Translations under genes and position numbers: made by a program
Part shown: positions 49,776-62,888 of the stretch, one piece after another
Position numbering within the stretch: the first letter of the stretch is position 1
Layout of the letters: each line of letters opens with the position of its first letter
Notes under the pieces: model-generated
Told to the model about the DNA's origin: nothing
What the model saw: only the letters and a program-made list of their open reading frames with translations
Database searches by the model: none
NCBI GenBank assembly: GCA_030704615.1
Contig: CM060731.1
Location: 52,266,001 to 52,330,000 of the forward strand
Direction of reading: 5' to 3'
Source: Takakia lepidozioides
Taxonomy: Eukaryota > Plantae > Bryophyta
DNA: 64,000 bases

Positions 49776-50984
49776 GTATCGTTCTGCTTATTCCTAGGAG
49801 AAAGAATATTTGTTACTTTTGGAGGTTTGTGTGAAATATCTTTCCAAGTCTAGAATCCTGCATAGCTTTATAAAAAGACCCAAGTGGGGTGACTGTACAA
49901 ATGGGTGTAACTGTCCCCAAGAGGAAACAACCAAAGCTCGTAGAGCTAGATATATTAACACAAAGAAAGAAATCAAACTATTCTAGTATCACCTACCTTT
50001 TGTATTCTACCTTTGGTATCCAAGTGTTGGCACTTTATAAGGTCACTTCCGGCTGATAAATCTTGAATTGCCACCCCACCACCCTTTATTTATTCATCCA
50101 TTAGCTACCAAAAGGGTGTAAAGTCGCAGCTCTCTCTTTTGCCTTTAAAGAAGTAAGGCAGAAGAGTATGAAACAAGAGGCTTGTGAGACTAGATTCCGG
50201 GGCCGGGGATATATTCCCCTTCTTGATCCGGTATTACCCGTATGAGGGTTGTAGCTCGGTAGGACTGAGACACGCTAGAGAGGATGGAATCTAACACAAG
50301 GATTAACCTTTCTCATGCACTTTCATCCAATCACTGCATAGGTACACCGTACAAGATCTGAGACCAAAATCCACCACCTCGTTCTCCTGAGTGCTTTGAT
50401 TTATATAGTACTTAAGCAGGTAATCAAAACGGTTGTTTTCTATTGGTTAGCCAGATGCCACACCAGCTAGACCACACAAGCCTGCCACATCTTCTAATCT
50501 GATCCTAATCTAACTGTTAACTAAAGACAACATCAACTTAATATAGCCAGCTGTACCAACGTCCCATGCGCAACAGCTACTCCACCTACATCCAGGTAAG
50601 ATTTAACTGAGAGCCTCATTCGGTGTCATTCGTTAGCCTGGATGCGCATCACCATCCTGCTTCGTCCACGATGTCATTCATTCATGCCCAAAAGCAAGCA
50701 GGTAGGAATCAAGCCCTTACGTATGTGAGGTTTGCTGGCCCCCCTAACAAAGCGAGCTCCAGCGAGCTACCAAGGAAAAGGAACAAGGGATCTATAACAA
50801 AATTAAAAGAAACTAGGCATCCGATCAAGCTTGGGGTGAAAAAACCAGTAGAACAAAAACCTTGCCGCTGCAGTTTGGTGAAGGATAAAAGATCTGACTG
50901 GAAAAACCCCAAGCTTGGTACAAGCTGATGCCCTTGCTAGCACGAAACAACAAGGAAATGCTAACTATGGCTCAGTTGAAACCA

Positions 50985-52640
50985 GCATAGCTACGGCGTG
51001 AGCCCAGCCCCGTGAGCCTGGGAGCGGAGCTCACGCTTGGCTGACATTGCGTGAGCCCAGGCTCCCTCTGCTTGACGTGGCGTTCACGCCACGTAAGCGT
51101 GAGCGTCCGCCATGTCAGCAGATGTCATAACACATTTGGCGAAAGATAAGATACCTATACCCGAGGGACCTATAACCGTGGGAATACGCATTTACAGTAT
51201 GTCGACTTATGATGCATATTCCAAACAAACCGACAATGAAAAGAGACTCATTTTGACTGCAACGTTGTGCAGTCTGCCAACTTAAGCTGCATATTGCAAA
51301 CAAACCGACACTGAAAAGAGACCCGTCTGGGTTCACTTCCCCTTTCCTTTTCCTTTGCCTCTCCCCTCACCTGCAGGTCCATTTTTGTCTTTCGAGATAA
51401 TGTTCTGAGCCGGTGTACTTGTCAGGCAAAAAAAAAAAAAATTGCGTGTGTGGGATGGGCAGCTGGAGAGAAAACATGCACCGCAGATGCCCTGAAAACA
51501 GTGTGCGGCACTGCACACTGTTTTGAGGGCAACTGCATGGGAACGAGAAAAAAAAAAAAAAAAAAAAAAAAAAAACCCGTGTGCAGGATGGGCAACTGCA
51601 AAAAAAACGTGCACCGCAGATGCACTAAAAGTAGTGTGCGACACTGCACACTACTTTCAGGGCATCTGCGTGGGAACGAAAAATAAATAAAACGTGTGTG
51701 GGATGGGCAGCTGTAGAGAAAAAAAAGCACCGCAGATGCCCTGAAAACAGTGTACGTGCACCCCTCCTCACCGAGGGCTTTCCAACGGCACCAAGCACCT
51801 GCGCTGAGGCCCACGATTGGGAGATCTCAACGATGCTACAAAACAAAACAAAAAAAACGTCTCGATTCATATATTGATTAGGGTAGCCTGTGCCGTTGGC
51901 CCAAATGTCCAATGTCATTTAAGTGTAATCCCCTATGTATCCAAGTGAGTCTCCTATGTCGAGGCCCATGTGTGAAGAATTGAAATCTAAGACCAAGTGC
52001 AATTTCCTATGTATCCAAGTGCATCTCCTATGGTAAGGCCCATCTAAGCCCAAGTGTAATCTCCTATGTATCCAAATGCTTCTCCCATGTAGAGGCCCAA
52101 AGTGTGACCTCCAGTGTCCAGTGACATCTAAGTCCAAGTGCAATTCCAAAGACCCTCCTGTTTGGGAGATCTAGGCCTAGGATAGCCTATGCCGTTGGCC
52201 CAAGTGTCCAGGGTCATCTAAGTCCAAGTGCAATCCCCTATGTATCAAAGTGCGTCTCCTATGTCGAGGCCCAAATGCAACCTCTATCTAGGTAGCCTTT
52301 GTCGTTGACCCAAGTGTCCAATGTCATCTAAGTAAGTATTTTCCCACAGAGCCTACGACCAGATTTGAACCGGAGACCTTTCCCTTGATATCTCTCCCAT
52401 CGAGGCTCCAACCATTGTCCCAGGAATGCCCATTTTGCCATTTTTGCTATTTTTTGTGAATTTCCAGCGACCAAAAGTACTTGGAATTCCACATCTCCCT
52501 CACCGCTTGTCCAAAAATCGTGAGACCAAGCCGGTGCACCCCTCCTCCTCAAGGGCTTTCCAACGGCACCAAGCACCCGCGTTGGGGCCCCGCGGTCTGG
52601 GAGATCTCAACGACGCTACAAAACAAAACAAAACAAAACA
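50985..52640 (+). mobile_element. second non-coding relative with GTGAGCC/CACGCCACGT terminal motifs, 2-3 palindromic units (51440-51760) and internal direct repeats
   Basis: Shares the TAGCCTGTGCCGTTGGCCCAA and GATTTGAACCGGAGA...CCTTGATATCTCT blocks with 44400-44540; direct repeat 51758-51860 / 52536-52640. Confidence 0.6.
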
Positions 52641-53079
52641 AACGTGCTTCATATATTGATTTATTCACTTACTACTCATTAGTACCTAGGGGGCTCTGCA
52701 CACGCAGGGCCCCAAAAAAAATGCAAACCATGATATAATAAATTAATAGAAGTAGAGCAAATGATGAATAAGCCCCCTACGAATAATGCCTCTCAAGTTT
52801 GTGGGGGCCCTATCCATTAGAGAATGGTCAGGGGATATATGTATCCCAGCCGTATGAAAAACAAAATCGACTAAAAGGGAGTTGACATCTGCCAGTTATT
52901 GAAGCTGGTGGTAAGTGGCATGGGCCCACGTGGCTCTTGGATGTGGGGGAGAACGTTGTAGAATAGAGAACGTTCTAGAGGGAGCCGGGAAAGTGTTTCG
53001 GTAGTCCAGAACTCTACCAGCGTAAGAGGAGCGTCGTGGAGAGTACCACAGGCTGCGGAGGCAAAGAGGAGGGGCCAGC

Positions 53080-53717
53080 ATGGAGGCAATGAAAAGCACC
53101 TGCGTTGCAATGGAAGTGTGTGGGAAGAGAGGGAGGGGCCGACCTAGGAAACTCACGACGACAAAGGACAGAGTTGGATCAAAACCTTTTGAGCTATTAT
53201 GTACAGTTGGCGTCGGAGGATACGATGTCCAGGTGCACCTGTTTGAGTCGTTAAAAAAATTTATAACAGAAAGTTGTCTTGCTGGATTTTTGGTTGTAGA
53301 ACGTGGTGGCACGATGTTCTATTTACATTTTCAGATGGTAATCAAAATAATAACTACAAGTACTATTTAGATTAACAAACTGATAAAAACATATTTAGGA
53401 TGGGACATATGTCCACTGTTGGGACATACTGTTATGTGTAAAAAATTGCGGCAAGTTCGGTTACACATGGAAAGGGATGTTATGATATTGTTTAAAAGAT
53501 TATGAACAACCGCATTTCAAAGTTTTTTAGTCATAATGTCACATCGCACGATATGAAAGAAGGGAAAGCAATGTTCACACTATATGGTAGTGCAGAGCTC
53601 AAAAACCGTGTGTGTTTTACGCCATCAAATATTTTCGAAAGAGCCTTCATCTATCATTTTCACCAACGGTTTGGGAAGCAATTAACAGGTACATTTTCAG
53701 GTGCCTGTTAGTCGATG
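53080..53717 (+). pseudogene. Replitron-type HUH endonuclease (Rep) remnant
   Basis: FELLCTVGVGGYD...VERGGTMFYLHFQMV (motif II), then after a stop and frameshift ML*YCLKD (motif III YxxK, 53486-53500), then HNVT...LYG...LKNRVCFTPSNIFERA. Confidence 0.75.
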
Positions 53718-56700
53718 TGTCGTGCACCTAAGCATCGTGCCACAACATACATCGTTGTCCACCATACATTCTAAGCACACAATCCTAGAAAGCTATGCCA
53801 CAATAATGGAGGTGAACACACAATGGAAACACTCCACTCATGAATCCACTCAATCACATAAACTAAGTCAAGCCAAGGGCACCTTTGCTAAAGGAATCCA
53901 CCCTACAAAGCCCTCACCACACTCCCTCTCAATACCTAGAGCTATGGAGGTGGGAGAGGCTCATGGAGGCTCAACTACAAGAAGATGAGCCCTCCTCAAC
54001 ACTCACAAGGGGAAAACCCATCCCCATGTCCCAAGTGAGGTTTGACACCTCACTTGGCATGTGAGACCAAATGAAGTCCCAACACACAAAATACAAATAT
54101 AAATATCCAAAATGTCCTAGTTAACTAGAAGTAGGTAATTCTAGTTAACCATGATTAAAACCATGACAGCTGTCGTGCACCTTATCATCGTGCCACAACA
54201 TACATCGCTGTCCACCATACATTCTAAGCACACAATCCTAGAAAGCTATGCCACAATCGCCCCCCTAGCTGGTGATTAGGTCCCTCTAACACCGGATAGC
54301 TGACAAGTATCCATCTCAATAAAATCATCGTTTGGTCTTCAATCGCACATGTCCCAGTATCTAAAGTCAATAGATCAAGAGGCCGGGTGCAAAAGTAGCC
54401 CCATTGTTACTCGTCTTCCTACAATCCATGATTTTCAATTAAGTATCCATGGCGTTGAGCTCCCATCAGCTAGACCTTGGATCACTTGTCAATTCCACCA
54501 TTGTCATGCCCACTACCTATGTCTAAGGCATCGTGGACACAACCATTCTCCACTAGGAACCTCCTCAAGTGGCAGTGTCAAGCATCCCATGTGCCACCCC
54601 CTTGAGCATTTGTCACACACCAACACGGTCGCGGCACCACCAGCATGCCCACATAGCATGCAACGCAACCCTGCAGGTACCACTGCAAGATTGGGATCTA
54701 TCCTCCCATCCACATGTGGAAGGTGACATGGCGCACAATTGTGCACATGGTCCTTCCATACCGTGCCATCTCAACCCTCCAGAATCAACACTCCTGAAGG
54801 CAACACCTCCCGGACCCACATGCCCTGCTGTGACATCCAAAATCGTAGGCGCTGTCTGCTGCAGATACACATAGTCCCCAGGGTGGAAACGCCGAACACC
54901 TGGCCGATATCCCCCTCCACGTATAGTGGCATACCTCAATGTGTCTCGGTGTTGGGCAATAACAAGGTTCTCAAAAGCCATAGGCATGACTCTCTTGAAC
55001 AATTCTGCCCGCTGGGCACATGCTTGTGTCCACACATCTGGATCATCAAGGTTGAGAACTACTGTAGTCTCCCTACGAGCAAATTCAGCTACCTTGGTGG
55101 GCCATAGGCTATAGGTTTAGCAAACAAGCATCACTTGCCTCGTTCTCGCCTTATTTCCTTCTGCAAGCCATACTTGCGCAAGCCTCGCTTGACTGTTTGT
55201 ACAACCCTCTCTGCCAGGCCATCAGCCTCGGGATGATCCCGAGAAGTAGTGCGGTGATCTATCAAGGCTTGCTCACACAAAGCCTGAAACTCCCCCAAGA
55301 ACTTTCTCCCCTGGTCTGTGAGTACCTCGGCTGGAGCACCAAATTGGCTAAGCACTCGATCTAAGAATGCATACGCAGCCCCCTCACTTGCTTTGTCAGG
55401 CAATGCCACCAGTTCAATCCACTTGGAGAAATGTTTCACCATCACCAGCACATACTTGTTATGGCGAATCGTTAGTGGCAATGGGCCTGCGAAGTCAAGA
55501 CTCCAACGATAGCCCAAACCCATAATGGGTAAATGATGCAATTGTGGAGTAGGTGCATTGAAAGAAGCTTGCACTCTATCACACACCATGCACCTTGCCA
55601 CTAACTGTTGCACATCCGTATGCATGCCCCGCCACCAGTACTGTCCTTGCAGCAAACTATGAGTGCGCCGCACCCCAAAATGTCCCAACTCACTGATCTC
55701 CGGATCGTCATGCACACCATCTATATGACCAATGCTATGGATGGACCAGCTTGAGCTCCCATTGCTGGATGCACAAAAAGGCAGATGCATGTCATCTTGA
55801 CATCATCTTCTCATCCGTCTCACCATGCCACCGAGCTCCAGTATCATCATGCTCGCTCGTGCATGGATTACGACTCAATCCATCTGCATTCCGATTGAAT
55901 ATCGGCTCGATGCACCACCTGAAAGTCGTATTCTTGAAGCATAAGTGCCCACCGTGCCAGCTTCCCTGTAAGCTTGTCTGACTCCATCAACCACTTCAAT
56001 GGTTGGTGATCCGTGACAAGGGTGAAGAGATTGCCATAGAGGTAGCATCTAAAATGTGCCACTGCCCATACCGTAGCTAGACACTCCCCTTCATAGGAAC
56101 TATACTTCGCCTTGGCATCATTGTTTGAGCGGCTAGCATATGCCACTACGAACTCTCTTCCCTCATTATCCATCTGTGTGAGCACTGCTCCAATCCCCAG
56201 CATACTCCAATCCGTATGTAGCTGGAAAGGCCGCCCCCGAATAGGCCGCCTCAGAATAGGTGTAGAAGTCAATCGAGCCTTGAGTTCCTCAAAGGCTTCC
56301 TCCTGCTCCTCCTCCCACTGCCACTCCTGACCCACCTTGGTCAACTTAGTAAAAACCTTTGCAATGCTGTTAAATCCCTTGACAAACCGTCGATAGTAGT
56401 TTGCCGACCCCATGAATCACGAACTCTGCTAACATCTATGGGGTGTGGAATGCGTGCAATGGCCTCCACCTTCATCTTTTGAACACCCAATCCTCCAGGG
56501 TATATCATGTGACCCAGATACTCAATCTGGTTGTGGAAGAACTTGCACTTCCCAGGGTGCAATTTCAACCCATGCGCTCTCAAGCGCTCAAACACCACCT
56601 GAAGGTGTCTCTCATGCTCCTCAACCGTAGCACTAAAGATGATGATGTCATCAATGTAACACCGGGCAAAGTCTAGCCCCGCGAGAATCCTATCCATAAC

Positions 56701-57300
56701 CCTCTGAAACTCTGCAGGAGCATTCTTCAACCCAAACGGTAGGAACCGCCATTGGTACAAGCAATCCTTCCCATGTTGGTCAATCCCCCAGAATGCCGTC
56801 TTTTGCTTGTCAGCCTCTTTGATTGGCAACTGGTGGTAACCGGATCGCAAGTCCAATGTGCTAAACACCTTTGCATGCCCAATGGCATCAAAGATTTCCT
56901 CTGGAGTTGGCATGGCATATCTATCGGACTTAGTCTGACGGTTCACAGGATGATAGTCCCCACACATCCTTCTTTCTGTCCAATTGCCATAGATATCCTT
57001 CTTAGCTAGCATCACCGTTGCCGAGGCATACTCCCCGCCTGACAACTCCACTAATCCAGCTTCGAACAATTCCATAGTCCGTGACTGGATCAATGACCTC
57101 TCCATGTCACTATACCGGTAGGGCCTTCGAAAAAATGGCGTGTCACTTGCCAAATCAATACGAATCTCCTGACCCTTCAAACTCCCCAAATCCTTCAAAC
57201 CAAAGGCAAAGCAATTTCTATAAGCCCTTAGAAATCGTTGGATCCTCCGTCTCTCTCCTCCGGTGACTGTAGGTCCATAACAACCTCTTGGGCCTTGTCC
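53718..57300 (-). mobile_element. degenerate Ty3/gypsy with a PHD finger after the integrase; PPT and LTR at 53718-54255
   Basis: RT LDLRSGYHQ, YIDD; RNase H YSSYEGECLA; integrase WSLDFAGP, DGLAERVVQ; PHD CMLC...CDKC...HMGC...WLCPRC (54513-54746); PPT GGGGGGCGAT. Confidence 0.9.
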
Positions 57301-58774
57301 ACCTAATCTGACTGTGGCGTAGCCTCCACTTGCTCTGCCATAACCACCTTGAGAACATCCTCTGGGAAAAACATTCTCAACCTCTTCAAAAAAATTGGCC
57401 ACCTTGGCCTCCAACTGATCCTCAGTGTATGGCTCTCCCCACTCCTCATATTGCTGCTTGAGAGATCCAAGGACTCTCTCTTTCCGCATCTCATCCCACA
57501 TCTGCCATGGGTGTTTTCACCCCATGATCTTGTGCTCGCCCCCACTCACTGCCTCAACCGTCCCGGTTGGCAGAGGGGATACAATACCAAATGGGAGTGC
57601 AGAAGTAGCCACCACTGTCTGCAACCTCCGTTGCTCAGCCATGCACAAGCCAATGACCCATGTCAAGCAATTTAGATCCATTGCTTGCCCCCACCAACGC
57701 CGTCGGCTGGAGGGCCGCGACGGCGAGACGTCGCTCGAAGGAGGCCCCTACCATCGGCGCGGACGGCCTGAAAAGTGACGTCCGGCAGTTGCGGGAGTTG
57801 GGGCAGGGGCTCGCGACCCCCATACATCGCATTTTTACGACGTCATTTTGGCGATGCCCATGCGACTGTCGGGCGACGGCCGGACGTCGCAAATTCCGCG
57901 CCTGCCCCCTACCCGAAATCGGCGTTTTCCCAACGCTGCGGCGTGGCTTGGGCGTCGCAAAGGCCCCCCCTTTTCCTGTAGTGGCCGCAACGGGAACATG
58001 GAGCGTGGGACCCTCGGATGGGCGTGAAGTATACACGAGGGAAGCGGGGGTGGGGATTTGACCGCGGGCCCACGGGGCCCTCCGGTTAGCTCCAGGGTTT
58101 GTACCGACAAGCTTCGCACGCGCGCATTCAACTCCCATCCATGTCTAGTGTAAACCGTCGTTAAACTAGTGGTACAAAGAACTTTACCCCTATTAATAAA
58201 TATAAAAAAACTGAAATTAAATGGATTGCAGATTTGGTTAAGTTTGGAGTCGTTTCTTCAGCACTTAAAACCACTTCCATTTGTTGCAATGTATATTCAC
58301 TTTATTTACTCATGCCATGAAATTCGCCAAAAATTTGACATCATTCCCGGAGTCTTTTATACAATGATGTGTGTGATCCATGCCGCCACCGTGGCATGAA
58401 TTTGTCTTTTGCGATTGTCTAGTCCTTAAGTTCACTTATGAGTTTCCGACACCAAGTCAACCCCAGTCAAGGCGCAAAAGACACGATTCATTCTAGTGAT
58501 ACTTTAATACTAAAAAGAGGGGTCATCCAATCGTTGTGATCCATTCACCCCGTTAGTACTAGATGACATTATAAAGAGAGAGAAATAGAGATTGACGCCA
58601 ACCAAACTTCAAAGTTAGCGAAATAGGAGCCTCTTCGGGGGCATTGCCCAACGTTGGACGGAAATGCAGAATTGTATAGCCAAGAAGTCACAGGCATTAA
58701 CCAACTTCAACAAACATTTTTTTGGATGTTGTGTGAGACATGCCAGTTAGTTGTGGTGTTGAGATCCAATAGGG

Positions 58775-61700
58775 GTGGGTGAGTACACTGGAGATGTTAT
58801 CCAACAGTTCTTGGAAGACATTGATTGTAAGCATGAGATGCCAACAACTTACACACTTGAACAAAATGGTGCCTATGAGCGGGAAAATAGGACCATCGTG
58901 GAAATGGTACGAAGCATGATCCACGCAAGCAACATTCATCCACATTTTTCGAGGGAAGTTGCACATATTGTCGTATATACTCTGAACCATACGCATACTT
59001 GTATGGTACCTCACAAGACACCCTTTGGACAGGAGATAAGCCGTCTGTAGCTCACATGAGAGTGTTCGGCTGCGATGCACACATGCATATGCCAAAAGAA
59101 CTGAGAACGAAGCTGGAGGCAAAAAGTCGGAAAAGCGTTTTTATGCGATATAGCTATATAAGCAACTACAGGGTTTGGCTATTAAATGACAAGTGTTGCA
59201 TTGAAGAAAGTCGTGACATACTTTTTAATGAAGAAGACGTCCCAATATCGAGCTCTGACTGCGATGCATGGGTGGCAAGCCATGCAACGTTTCTCATTGG
59301 TGAAATTGAGAGTGCAGGGCGAGTGGGAGCCATACCCACCACGTTCTAGCGCCAGGAGCAGCGCAAAAGGACGAAAAGCCATTGTTCGCTCAAGAAATCC
59401 AAGAACTGTCAGGCAGTCATCCCATCAGTGCTAGTGGTTCACAGTCTCCCATAAACTGATCCATTGCTAGACCCAGCAGGCGGTGACGTGCGTCCCAGGT
59501 GCGGAAGGAGAATTGGTTTCAACATTGGAACCAAGAGTGTGCAATCCGCCAACAAGGTATGGTGATTAGTACTATCGTGTCGTATGCTTGGTGACAAATC
59601 ATACAGAGCCCATGCTACTGGAGGAGCCAACGAGTTACACTGACACTGTACATTGTCATGAATCTGCACAGTGGTTGCAAGCAATGATCGAAGAATACGA
59701 GTATCTTTTGGAGAACGACTCTTGGGAATTACAACCACTCCCCAAGGACCGCAAATGTATAGCTGTAAGTGCGTTTATAAGTTGAAACTCAATGCTGCTA
59801 GTGAGATCGATCAATATCAAGCTAGGCTTTGTGCTAAGGGATACAACCAACGTGCAAAAGTTGACTATACAAAGTCCTTCTCACATGTCGCCAAGTTTGA
59901 CTCGATCAGGACATTGCTCTCGGTGGCGACAGTGGAAGACTTGATGAGTGAGAACAATGTCAGTGGAAGACTTTGAGATCACCCAATTTGATGAGTGAAG
60001 TCTTCCACCGACATTGCTCTCACTTATAGGGCCTCTGATTCTCCTCACATCTTGACGGCTTACTGTGATAGTGACTATGCTACGGATATTGATGATCGGA
60101 AGTCTTGATCGGGAGTGGAGCTCTTCCTTAAACGGTTGCCTAGGCTAGTCGAAAGCAACCCTGTACATCCAGCAATACAACTGAATCGTCCGGAATATAT
60201 TGCTGGAGCTCTTGCCACCAATGAGATTGTGTGGCGGGTGAAAGCAAGTTAGGGTGGCTCAGTAAAACTGTAACACATCATTTTTGCAGTACATACTTAC
60301 TCTCTATCGACCCATACTCTTTACATTCTATGAAAAAGATCAAATGGGACTCATATAGGTGTACTCATACTATAACATACTTACCCACTTTAAAGCATCA
60401 TCAGTTAATTCATAAATATTTGGAAGTATTGGACTTTTGAAAAAGTCGTGGCCAAATGCAATAGTACACAAATGTTATTGTTATGGGTTTTTTTTTTTCA
60501 TGGTACATACCAAAATGAAAAAGGACTCACTATAAATAGACACTTTTCTTAAAGAGACTAAAATGACAAATCTAATGGATTAATATTTAATTATATAAAT
60601 TTCATGTACTTTTAAGTACTCCAAACAGCAGTGAATTTTTAAATTGTTCTATAGGAGGAAAATGAATGAATTAAAGAAACTCCCTTCATTGAAAATGTAT
60701 ATTTGCCTATTACAAAGGACCACCAAGCAAGATATGGATCTTTTACCAAAAAATTCTTAAGGACTACAAATGAGGACTTTTCTGAGCCACCGTAGCTTGC
60801 TTTCACACTGGCATTGTCGCTTGCTGAGCAACATTGGTTATCCCCAGCCCGAGCCAACCAGTCTAATGAGTGACGGGTGAATGCAGGAATGACTGGACCA
60901 AAATGGACGTTACCGACACAGTTTTAGATGACTGCAATTGATGGTGTCATCATTTTTTTTTGGAATTAACTCATTAAAACTAAGAACTATATATGTCATT
61001 GGATTCATAGCTTCAATACGCACCCATAACAACTCTCCAATCATGAATTTGATAAGAAATGACAAAGTTATAGACTATTGAAGACCATACAGTGGACTTG
61101 TTTCTGTAGTGAATGGAATTACAATGGACTGAAGAAGTCCTATGTGCCATTGGTCAATTCCATTGAAACTTGGACATAAGGTAGTCATTTTGGTCCACAT
61201 CATACATATGGATTTGAAGTGGCAAAATCCATCTCCATTTGGATCCTATGGACTAATATATGTCCCAAAAATGTGGTTTATTTTGCCAAGTCCATGGTGT
61301 ACTCTGATTTTGATCTTAAGGTGTCATATTTTACTACAAATGATACAAAAATATAATCTACAATGGCTTCGTTGTATATAGACAAATGGATGTAAATTCT
61401 AATTTTCGATATGTCAAATTTTATTCAAATTAAAAACTAAAATTTATAGTAAAAATTATCTTTGATATTTGGGATAAGACCCTTATTAAAAATGTTGAAT
61501 ATACCATTGTCTATCATCATTTGAATTATTTGGGGAAATATCGTCAACTTTAAATTTGGTCATGCACTTCCATGGAATGCAACATCTGCTGTTTTTGGTC
61601 CACTCAAGCCTACAATTACCTTGACAACCAATCATGCATTCGTCTTGTGAAGAATCCTGTGTTTCATCGTAGGACCAAACATATTGACGTTGTTTTTCAT

Positions 61701-61810
61701 ATCATTCGTGAAAAGCACGAGGAAGACCAAATGCATGTCACATATATTCATACTGAAGATCAAATTGTCGATGTGCTTACCAAACCTTTGCCCACCGAGA
61801 AGTGCACTCC
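58775..61810 (+). mobile_element. degenerate Ty1/copia pol (integrase, RT, RNase H) interrupted by a ~1.4 kb AT-rich insertion (~60240-61610)
   Basis: YTLEQNGAYERENRTIVEMVRSM, RVFGC, KLEAKS, EEPTSY, YQARLCAKGY, YCDSDYA; resumes at DNQSCIRLVKNPVFHRRTKHIDV...DVLTKPL. Confidence 0.88.
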
Positions 61811-62408
61811 TCGGCCTTACTGTTGTGTGAAGATTTCAGCTGAAGAAGACTGCCCCATTTGTAGAGTGAGAGTTTTGGATGCAATTTTCTCACGACATCG
61901 CATAATAACTAGTTACTCACTAATCGCTTGTAACCAACCACAAGGTAGTTAGGCTACATTGTCTGGTTGTCATGTTGTCACATACACAGTCTCTCACTGC
62001 TCTGCGATTAGCATAATTTGCAGGTAGCTTGGAAGTTGCTCAGCATATGCTTACATGAGCAGTAGATTGCTTGGTCGTAGCTTTTGGGATCATGTGAAGT
62101 TGTAGCAATCAGTTGGTATACAAGTTAGATCATCATTGTATTCCTTGACAGTCTTGAGTAATACTGAATCTAATCACTTTATTATTGATCTAGGCTTGAC
62201 GTGATTTAGCACAAACAATTTTTTTCACCAAATCACCCATAAACTACCACAAACCATACGTTAAATTTTATTAAACTAAAGAACAAGTGCAAGCCTCTCA
62301 CACATATAGAAATATGCCAAAATGGCTCTCTTCAGCTCCTCTATGAACAACCTTACAATTTTTTTTTGTATGATAACCAATGTCATGCATATGTAGTTTC
62401 TTGGAGGC

Positions 62409-62888
62409 TTACTGACCATTTGTACCAGTACTCCACACAGGATAACCACGAAAGCCACCTAATACTCCTCCAGGAAGGCAATAAAGTACCAAGTTTCCGT
62501 CATCTTGCAACCTCAGATAGTACCATCCAACACCAACACAGTCTCCGGTATTTACTGTGTTCGAAGCCCATTTAGGTTGATTATTTTGATCGTAAACCAC
62601 CAAGTTTCCATCATCCTGTTGGGTGAGGTAACAATTTACGCCTACACCTCCACTGCCGCTATCCCACAACCGTTTTCCTAGTTCGTCCATATTCTGCAGT
62701 CGTACATCACAGTTCTCCAACATTGAGAGCGTATAGCGCTGATTTGAGCTAATGAGAAAGTTGCCACTATTTAGTTGACCTTCAGCCGCTATGCAGCATT
62801 CAGCATTTGCATCAGCTCCAACATAAGTTAGATATATGAAAAATAGAACTAATACTAGAGAGAAATTGACAAATTTTGTCATAACCAT
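62409..62888 (-). CDS. secreted GNA/bulb-type mannose-binding lectin (single domain)
   Basis: Hydrophobic signal peptide; two intact QxDxNxVxY sites (QDDGNLVVY, QDDGNLVLY) with the first site degenerate; ends PVWSTGT. Confidence 0.9.
   Translation of the reverse strand: MVMTKFVNFSLVLVLFFIYLTYVGADANAECCIAAEGQLNSGNFLISSNQRYTLSMLENCDVRLQNMDELGKRLWDSGSGGVGVNCYLTQQDDGNLVVYDQNNQPKWASNTVNTGDCVGVGWYYLRLQDDGNLVLYCLPGGVLGGFRGYPVWSTGTNGQ

Noticed and set aside
57560-58170. GC-rich stretch ending in CTAGT as a Helitron 3' end or a gene
   Set aside because: No convincing subterminal hairpin or protein motif; left unassigned.
60250-61612. hAT-like element (TAGG...CCTA ends) inside copia
   Set aside because: The insertion is evident, but the terminal match is only a few bases and there is no clear TSD, so no family call was made.
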